From NCBI GenBank assembly GCA_002189035.1, contig CM007989.1, positions 7,130,001 to 7,194,000 of the forward strand: a stretch of 64,000 bases of DNA. Direction: 5' to 3'. The stretch is from Utricularia gibba (Eukaryota; Plantae; Magnoliophyta). Shown here piece after piece: positions 55,223 to 64,000 of the stretch. The position numbers were made by a program, and so were the translations under genes. Position 1 is the stretch's first letter. Every line of letters starts with the position of its first letter. Under the pieces are notes generated by a model. That model saw only the letters and a list, made by a program, of their open reading frames with translations, searched no databases and was not told the origin of the DNA.

Positions 55223-55665
55223 CGCCGTCGGTGGCGGTGAAAACGGAGGAGGAGAATGTGAAAGCGGAGTTGTGTCGTTCCCAGCTGCAAGACACCCTGT
55301 TCGATTTGTAGGCCACAACTGGAAGAAGTTTCACGTAGGCCCCACTGAGACACGTCACTCTCACTCAGTGGTTTGATCCACCGACATGATAACTAACCTT
55401 TCCCATAATATTCTTTATAATAAAATAAGAATATTTGTATTTTTTTAAAGAATAAATATTTTTGATAATAAAACTATTTTTTATCATATTTTTCAATTTA
55501 CGGTAGTTAACAAAAGAGGAATTAATGATGAAGAACAAAACGAGCCACAAAATATGAAAAATCCGCCACCTCAATAATTATTTGATTGTAATAATTGAGG
55601 AGAAATGGAGTTGGGCCGGGTCATGCGAGAGCTATAATTGGGCCAACTTATGGGCCTGGATTTGT

Positions 55666-55794
55666 AACGGCGGGCGTTACCGGGGACCCCAGGATCCAGC
55701 CGTCCAACTCCAACGGCTCAGATCATTCCAAGTTCAAAATTCTTTTGAATGAAAGGAAATCTCTGTTGTGTGTTTCGACCGTTGGAAGTTTGAA
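55666..55794 (+). promoter_or_regulatory. MSA (AACGG, MYB3R-binding) element cluster with TTTGAA motifs upstream of the kinesin-14
   Basis: tccaacggct at 55709-55718; gaccgttgga at 55777-55786 (reverse complement tccaacggtc); aacgg at 55666-55670; ttcaaa/tttgaa at 55733, 55744 and 55789. Confidence 0.7.
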
Positions 55795-56153
55795 ACCATT
55801 CTTCTCAGTTTCTTCTCCTCTGAGTTCAAGAAACTATCGTTTCTCTTCTCAGCAGTCTAAGGCTCCATGGATGGTACTCCTTTTTAGACTCTCATAATCG
55901 TTTCAGGCCAGAATTGATCTCAACTTTCTTCGGAAAGGACAAGTGTAATTGATGGTTTTGTTTTGTTTTGTTTTTTTTTTTTTTTGTGGGTTCTTTCCAG
56001 ACCTTGCTGTAGAAAGTCTTTGCTTGGATTTCGATCGATCGTTGACTATGTCTCCTGGAGATTGTGGTGAGTGTAAGTAAGATTAATTTTGCTTTCCTCA
56101 GACTTAATTGGGATGATTTTGCGCTACTAGATCTGAAGGTTGAACTACGTGTC

Positions 56154-59121
56154 ATGAATCAAAGTATGGGTTCCTGGTAGATTTCGAAATCTTCAATGAG
56201 AAATACCGTGGAAGTTTGATTGCATTCAACGTTGCTGTAGGTGAGTTAATTGTTAGTTTGGGGCTTGTTTTCAGGGGCGTACGAGGAAAATAGTGGTTCG
56301 AACTCCAGTTCTCCTTCTGATTCTAGTCAAGAAACACGTGATGTTCAGGGTGAGATGCTTCCGGTCTTTTTCAAACTCGAAGACATCAGTAACAAAGTTA
56401 GGGTGAGTGGATGGTGTTGACGCACTTCTATTTGTGGACCATTTTTTCTGGTATTTTGAAGGTAACCTTCGTTTTCCTCCAGCTTCTTAGAAAGGAACAT
56501 GAGAATTTATGCAGTGAAATCAAAGGTGTAACACTTGATTCTTTGATCGGTTCTGAATGCTCCACTGCCCTATATGATATTTGTGAGTAATCTCTATTAA
56601 AAAGATCTTTAATAGATGCATGGATTGTGTTTCAGTTTGTGATCGCTTCACTTTTGCTGTGTTCTAGCCAAGAAATACGTTGCGGATTCAGAGTTACTGA
56701 AGAAGAAGTTCCTTGAAGAATGCACAGAAAGAAAGAAACTCTACAACAAAGTGATTGAGCTCAGAGGGAATATTAGGGTCTTCTGTCGGTGTAGACCAAT
56801 GAAAGAAGATGAGATTACCAATGGTTCCACGTCAGTCATCGACTTTGACGCATTCCAGGAAAATGAGCTGAACGTCATCTGTTCTGATTCTTCCCGAAAG
56901 CATTTTAAGTTTGATCATGTATTCAAGCCTGAGGACAGCCAAGGTAGAATGGGTGCAAATTCTTCAATTTTTTCTGTCATTTCATGTTTTTATTATTTGT
57001 GGCAATGCTAAATGATTTCACTATATTGTTTTCCAGATGATGTCTTTGGTCAAACTCTGCCGTTGGTGACCTCTGTCTTGGATGGCTATAATGTGTGCAT
57101 ATTTGCTTATGGGCAAACTGGTACTGGAAAAACTTACACAATGGAAGGAACACCAGAAAATAGGGGGTAAATTACCGCACTCTCGAAGCGCTCTTCAAAA
57201 TATCTGAAGAGAGAAGCAAATTTGTGAGATATGAGCTGTTTGTCAGTATGCTAGAGGTCTACAATGAAAAGATTCGAGATCTTCTGGTAGACAGCTCCAA
57301 ACATCCGGAAAAAAAGTAGGCTTCTATTTCTGATTGCCCTTTGTATCCTTTAAGTCGTTGTTGGTGAGCTATTTTTCTTATAAGAAAAATGTTGATGCCT
57401 CCTATAAAATGCAGGCTGGAGATAAAGCAGTCAGCTGAGGGTACCCAGGAAGTACCTGGACTTATTGAAGCACGAGCTTATACCACAAGTGATGTTTGGA
57501 GTTTACTACAATCAGGAAGTCACGCAAGATCTGTCGGTTCAACTAATGCAAATGAACTCAGCAGCCGCTCTCACTGGTGAGTGTGAGGATATTCTGCTGC
57601 CCAGATACTTTACTCAGGTTATTCAAGGTTACCTATCACTGTCGGTACTGTGTATAAAACTCCTTACTCCTCCCACCTGCAGCTTGTTAAGAGTGACTGT
57701 TGTTGGGGAAAATCTGCTTAATGGGCAAAGAACGAAAAGCCATTTGTGGTTGGTCGACTTGGCGGGAAGTGAGCGTGTAGGAAAGATTGAAGTTGAGGGT
57801 GAAAGGCTGAGGGAATCTCAGTTCATTAATAAGTCGTTATCAGCTCTTGGAGACGTGGTTTCTGCCCTTGCATCGAAATCATCTCATGTACCATACAGGA
57901 ATTCCAAGCTTACTCATCTACTCCAAAGTTCGCTGGGTGAGTCCTGTGTCATTATTTATTCTCATTGTAGCTAGACAACAAAATGAGATGTAAAATGAAA
58001 CTCGTTTGCAGGTGGTGACTGTAAGACTCTCATGTTTGTTCAAATCAGCCCCAGCTTAGCTGATCTTGGAGAAACTCTTTGCTCCTTGAATTTTGCAAGC
58101 CGCGTTCGAGGAGTTGAACATGGACCTGCTCGACGGCACCCAGATCAACATTCCGAACTCCTTAAATACAAGCAGTTGGTATGAAGCGAAATTCTCGTCG
58201 TTGTGAACCATTCATTCGCCTGCTGGATTTCATTCTTGAATGTCTTGATTGTAGGCTGAAAAAGCAAAACAAGAGGAGAAAGAAACGAAAAAGTTGCAAG
58301 AAAATGCTCAGTCTTTGCAGCTGAGACTTGCTGCTAGGGAACAAATTTGCAAAAACCTTCAAGAGAAGGTACTTCAGTGCGAATTAGTTAGTGAAATGAT
58401 TTCAATTTCTTATACCCTCCTGTTCATCATCATTATTATTGTTATCTATCAGGTGCGTGATCTCGAAAACCAGTTGGAGAACGAAAGGAAAGCAAGAATG
58501 CATCAGGAGAACAGAGCTCTGGCCGCAATCTCTACTCAACCGAAATCCATACCAATGCCAAACATGTCAATGGACAAGAAGCCACCGCTAGGACCATCAA
58601 AAGCGAGGCTTCCCCTCAGAAGAATCTCAAACTTCATGTCACTTCCTTCTCCTGCTGCAGCAAAGAAAACCCGGATGCCGTTCCTCCCTTCTGTAAGTGA
58701 AGGGAAGGAGAACGCCTCATCAAGACCAAAGCTCACCATCACAGCAAGAAGAGGATCGATTGCAGTAAGGCCAGCTACGACAAAAACCTCTCAGGTGGCT
58801 ATTCAGCCTAAAAGAAGAGCCTCCATTGCAACCCTGCAGCCAGGTTTAGCAACTCCACTTTACAGCTCAAGGCCTCAACGGAATGTAGGCAGGCAATCTT
58901 TTGTTTGGGATCCACAGAGAGTTTGGAGAACCTCCAGGTTATCTTCACCCAAGATGATCGAAGCAACCCCGCTTGGCGGCTCAATCAAGTTCAGAGAAAG
59001 CCCTCCTTCCAAGCGAGACAGTGCTGCCTCATGGAAGCTGAAGCATCCAACAGTCGTTGCATTGCAGAAGAAGAAACTGATTTGGAGTCCCTTCAAGTCA
59101 AAGGGCTTGAAGAAAACATAA
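56154..59121 (+). CDS. KIN14: Kinesin-14 motor (KIN14S-like); 5' end uncertain; one apparent 1-nt frameshift at 57163-57167
   Basis: Exons approximately 56275-56403, 56483-56582, 56668-56943, 57037-57315 (contains the shift), 57415-57576, 57683-57936, 58012-58178, 58255-58368, 58453-59121. Motifs: [15 protein letters not shown]-loop [51 protein letters not shown]. Confidence 0.9.
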
Positions 59122-60436
59122 TATTTCCTATCTCTGATGTTGTCCCTCCTCCTCTTTCATTGGCATTACTTTCTCAACTCTGGGAACACACTTGAATTCA
59201 GTGCTAATGTTGTCTGCTATGATGGAGAAATGGATCTTCGCACTTTCTTGCAATCACCGGAGACTTTGAGCCGTACAGATTCCGATGATGAGGTGCGGGA
59301 GATGGATTCGGAAAGCACACCGACTTTCTTCTCCTACTTGCAGCTGAAGAATCTCCAAATTTGGACCAATTTTGTCAAATTCCAAACTCTACTCGAAACG
59401 CGTGTCACTCGGACAACTTTAGAAATTAACGAATTAAATAAAATCGGATTTAATTCATTTTCCATTTAATTATAACTTTGTTTATAATGGATCAAATCAG
59501 TTTCCACTTATTATTTTTACAATTAAAAATGATTCTAAAAAATACCAAGTTTCAATTTTGGACGGTCCCACACGTGTGTTGACCTCAGTATTCAAAGTTT
59601 TCGGTCATCTCGCCTAACTTTCTGGTTGTGTCTGTGTGTCGTTTCAGTTGTCGGGATTTTATTTACTTGGTCGTTGGTCTGAATCCAGTCTTGTCCTGGC
59701 ATTTGATTCCTTGTTATCGAACAATGCCAATGCCAATGCCCCACAAAACATCAGCCATCACTTCATACCATACAGCTATCTTCTTGGAATATTTGCCCAT
59801 CCACAGTGAAGTTTGCGCAAGCTGGGAGAGGATGCTGGCGTGTGTGTGTGAACTTTTTGGCAGCTGGAAGCAGCGAGGAGTAGGGACGGGTCGCGTCAAC
59901 CCAGACTCAAGTGCTGTCGGTGTGACCACGAGACTTTAAAGCCAGGGCGCTAGGACTTGGAGAAGAATCCAAATAACGAAGAAAAGAAAAAACCCAAATA
60001 CGGAGAGACAGAAAGCGAGAGAGAGAGACAGAAATATCATAATAATTATCAACGAATCAAAGCAAAGGTGTGACCGTTGCTGGTGTGAAGATAGAATTTC
60101 CAAGTATGTGTATTGTGTACATTGGCTCATTCCAGCCAGAAATAATGTGTTTGTTTGTGAACATCAATTACCCAGACTTCCAAGTACGTGTATTGTCATA
60201 GCAGCTGGTTGTAGTTTCTGGTTAGAGAGTGGGAAATAGAGGAACACTGGGGTTTCCTGGTTCACACATTTGACCATGTAAACTGCCATCTTCTTCATTT
60301 GGAACAGCAAAAAGACCAAGACCGAAGATCCTGTCTAATACCAAGACTCGTGCCTATAAAAACCCCTCTTGTTCATCCATTTTCATAGCATCAACTACAA
60401 AAAAAGAGTTTCCTTTTTTGCTGTGTAATCAGAAGA

Positions 60437-60613
60437 ATGGATGGACCAAGGAGAAACGGCAGCAGCAGCAGCAGCAGTTCAGGGAGCAAAGGAAGCGTTT
60501 TTCCTAAAAAGCAGGACAAGGTGATCACAATGGTGGTCAAGAACATCGCCAAGGGGGCCTCCGATGCTTGTTCCAAACCAAAAAACAATGGCAGGGTGTC
60601 CAACCACCCGTAG
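60437..60613 (+). CDS. Small basic peptide, copy A (58 aa) of a tandem pair; below the ORF-track cutoff
   Basis: MDGPRRNGSSSSSSSGSKGSVFPKKQDKVITMVVKNIAKGASDACSKPKNNGRVSNHP*. CCTATAAA box at about 60353-60360. Paralogous to 62514-62771. Confidence 0.75.
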   Translation: MDGPRRNGSSSSSSSGSKGSVFPKKQDKVITMVVKNIAKGASDACSKPKNNGRVSNHP

Positions 60614-62513
60614 CAGCGTCCTGCGGGAATGGATTGGTGTAGAAGACGTCTGCTGTGGTTGTTCATATGAGTTCTCATCAGGTTCTTTTCAGTATAGAAA
60701 ACGTGTGATACTTGTAACCCTCTTCTTACTACTACTAAGGCTGCCTATGTGTGGTTTGTCCATTTAAATTTTCATGAGTTTAAATTATTTGGGTTTAGAC
60801 AAATCCAAATATATAGATATACCTATATCATTACAATCCCTTGTGCATACATGAGAATATAATTATACTAAATAATCATTATAGTCGTATAATTAGTATA
60901 ATTATAACTACATATCAAATAACGTAATTTATTAAATCTACTATAAACCAACCTTATAATTTCGTATTAAACAAGACTTAAGTTAAAAAGTTAAATTGTT
61001 GAATAGAATCTTGGCATCTGCTACAAACCCTAAATCTCATTAAATAAAAAACTCACTATAAAGGTTTTCAAAACACATCCAAGTCAACCTGTCGGGTTAT
61101 ATTTCTTGAAAATAGCTTTTCGATAATATTATTGAAAAGTAAAATTTTTTTTAATATTTTTATTATTTTAGCAAACAACAAAACCAATATATAATTGGAT
61201 TTTCATTATTTTCGATTTCAAAGTTAGATATGGGGTGGAAGCACGTCATCAAGTCTTATCTTGAATGAGATCCCAAAACATAGAATAAGAAGGATTCAAT
61301 GCCACAAAGCTCAAATAATAATATTATATTATTAAAAGAGAAGAATATTCCAAGTCAGCGTAGAGTCAAGATTCGTCAAAACTTTCGACTGTGAAGAATA
61401 AACCGACTTTGGACACGTATACAGAAAAAAAGAAAAAAAAGAAGAAATCGACTTCAATTTCTGATTTGAAAGAGAGTAGTGGGTACGTTATATAACTTTA
61501 ATTTATTAAAATGATTTTATTATAAGGATTTCAAATTATATTTATTATTTAGTAAAATAAAAAATTCAAAATCTTAAATAAATATTGTATTGATTCCAAA
61601 TTATATTATTTAATTTCTAAATATTTATTTTATTAATATAATCTTAAAATTGATTTTTTATTCATGATATAATACACATACATAAGGACAAGGATCTTCA
61701 AGGTTTTACATGTTGAAATTATTGCAATTTCTTATTGGATTTTTTTTTCATTTTCTTTGGTGAAATTGTTTCTTGGTAGTTTTTTATTATTATTATTATT
61801 TCGAGCCATTTATTGTTTTGGAAGTTGAATTGGTCTTAGTGTGGTTCTAGGGTATGAGACATAGTAAAATATACATGAATAGTACATGTAAATATAATAA
61901 ATAATAGTAAAATATACAATTTATTAATATTTCTCTTTTTCCTATATATAAAAACACTCAATTAACCCTAATCTACTCTACCTCATACTATAAAACTCAA
62001 TTTTTCAATAATATAATTTAGGAAAATTTTATTATATAATAAATAAATATTATTATTAAAAAATACGATACTTATCCTAAAATAGTATATTTTATAACTC
62101 GAGATAACCCGTATTCCATATCCACATATTAACGTGTTTTCATGTACTGTACTTGTACTCTTCCTTGGTGAAGGGCTGGAGAAGATGCTTGAGGATGAAG
62201 CTAAAGAAGAGCCAGCAATGCATTCATTATTTCCTGGTCTACTCCAAACAATGACTGACTTTGAACTTTGCGTGGGGGATCAGAGATATTCCTTCCTCGC
62301 CCTCCTCCTCACCTCCCACACACAGACCAGACTGCATGCTTCTTTGACCAGGGAATAAAAACACCCCCACCCACCGCTGCTCTGCAACGGAACCTTGGAA
62401 CAGCAGCGGGATGTCTGAGTGAAGAAGAAGATTGTAGTGCTTGTTCCTCTTCCCTCTCCCTCCTATAAAAGGCTCTGCGCCTGCTCTCGCCTTCTCAGAC
62501 CTGACAGACAGAA

Positions 62514-62771
62514 ATGGAGGCACCACCCAGCAGCAGCAGCAGCAGCGCGGGGAGCAAGGGAAGCGTCTTCCCCAAGGAGAGGGAGAAGGTGATCACAATG
62601 GTGGTCAAGAACATCGCCAAGGGGGTCTCCGACGCCTACTCCGAGCACAAGAACAAGGGGAAGGTGACCCAGAACAGCCCTGATTCGGTTCGCCTTCTTC
62701 GCAAAATAACTTCATCTGGAGTGGAGCAGGCGACTGCCCCATTTAGCAGTGATCATAATGGTCCATGTTAG
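62514..62771 (+). CDS. Small basic peptide, copy B (85 aa) of a tandem pair
   Basis: MEAPPSSSSSSAGSKGSVFPKEREKVITMVVKNIAKGVSDAYSEHKNKGKVTQNSPDSVRLLRK... CCTATAAAA box at 62462-62470. Shares a 40-nt identical core with copy A. Confidence 0.75.
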   Translation: MEAPPSSSSSSAGSKGSVFPKEREKVITMVVKNIAKGVSDAYSEHKNKGKVTQNSPDSVRLLRKITSSGVEQATAPFSSDHNGPC

Positions 62772-64000
62772 GAATTAGGATCTTCTCATCCAAACCCTTT
62801 TTGTTTCTAGGAAAACATTTAATAATCAAATTTATTACTAAATATGGACCATTTTTATTTTTAAGAAATTATAAAGTCTCATCTTTCAGAATTAATTCTT
62901 GAACATTGCTCTTTTAAGAAGATATATTAAACAAAACCCTAGATTTTTCGAAAAAGATTAAATGGAATAAACCATACATATGAGATATTTCTATATTACA
63001 TTTTAGTTGCCTTATATCCCACAAAGTCTATCCAATCTGATAAAAAGAGGTGAATAACATGTTGCAGAATTTATATGATGGTAAAATGATCATTTAAAAT
63101 TATATATATATGGTATCCATTTTTCTCATATGCTTAAAAAACAGTGTCTACTTTTATAATACAGCATACATCACCAATTTGCTCGTCCACAACAAAATGT
63201 AAGAGTGGAACGAAAACACAAATACTTAGTTGAAGTGACAAAGGGGTTCTTGCCACATACAGTTTGGGGAGGCAATATTAGCAGCGACATAGATTATCAT
63301 ACTGATGAATACAGTTTCAGAAGGTGAAGGCATGAGGGTGTTTGGTTACTTTTCCGGCGGATATTGAATGTTTTACTATCTCTGTTCGGTCGGAGCCACT
63401 GACGGCCCTCGCTCAACGATCACTCCTCCCTCAGTACGCTGTCGCAATTTTCCAATTTTGTTTGTAAAATGCGCGCTGCTTGAGTGGATAGAGAGATTAG
63501 GGTTCATTTGATGAACAATTTCTACTTATTCCTGGTAGGGGATGTATTTAAATAGATAAACCTCTTCAATTTAGTATGGGAACTTTTTATTGAAAGAAAA
63601 AAATATAAAATTATGAGGATTGAATGTTCGAAATAGACAATATAATGTAATGTGAACGTAAGGCGTGACATTTTTTATATTAGATCTAAATTCATACTTA
63701 TGCCATGTGGAATAAGATGACATTGGGTGTTTAAAAAGGATAGACTATAAAGTTAAGTATGTTGTTATGATATATCACATTAGTTACGGATAGTGGAGAA
63801 GATGTAATTAAATAGAGAAGTTATTCTAACTTTACATGAAATTTTTTTCTAAAAAAAATGTAAAATTATAAGAATTGGATTGTTAGCTCATGACAACTTC
63901 TAGTTAGATTTCCCTACTTGGTTTCAAAAAACTGAAAAAAATGCCTTCTTTTTAAGGTTGCCATAGCAGCAGTAGGGAGTCCTGGGTGGGCTTGTTGTGT

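Noticed and set aside
56241-56274. 34-nt GT..AG segment as a micro-intron in the kinesin 5' region
   Set aside because: It is far shorter than typical plant introns. The donor at 56164 gives an ordinary 111-nt intron in the correct phase.
56295-56305. GGTTCGAAC resembling a tRNA T-loop
   Set aside because: It lies in a kinesin exon (SGSNS), with no cloverleaf or A box.
59628-59939. 103-aa (+) and 71-aa (-) ORFs upstream of the micropeptide pair
   Set aside because: They start with non-ATG codons, lack the shared GSKGSVFP core, and show no CLE, RTFL or IDA motifs.
63230-63510. GC-rich island with a telobox-like ATTAGGGTT near the right edge
   Set aside because: All frames are short and unrecognisable; it cannot be assigned within this window.

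Overview
Gene-dense flowering-plant (eudicot-like) nuclear DNA with short introns and AT-rich spacers. No prokaryotic features, CRISPR arrays, tRNA or rRNA genes, or intact transposons were seen. From left to right: a 5'-truncated UPL3-type HECT E3 ligase (+); an orphan frameshifted last exon of a beta-galactosidase (-); MTA/SAH nucleosidase (+); CGF/NiCoT-like chloroplast membrane protein (+); UBC23/PHO2-family E2 (-); clade-D PP2C (+); a decayed V-ATPase B pseudogene (+); SMT2 sterol methyltransferase (-); an MSL mechanosensitive channel (-); an ACT-domain STY kinase (-); a divergent DSK2/ubiquilin (+); a type-4 seed metallothionein (-); an EXORDIUM-like protein (-); a CPK5/6-type CDPK (+); a small uncharacterised protein (-); a kinesin-14 (+); and two tandem paralogous small-ORF genes (+). 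Five unrelated genes carry six apparent 1-base deletions in homopolymer runs, which most likely reflects assembly error rather than biology. The most interesting observations are the tandem micropeptide pair with a synonymous substitution bias (one copy is absent from the ORF track), a templated-filler repair scar in the VHA-B pseudogene, a lost splice acceptor in DSK2 with an in-frame cryptic rescue site, and an unexplained 42-bp repeat. All family assignments come from recalled motifs, not database searches.
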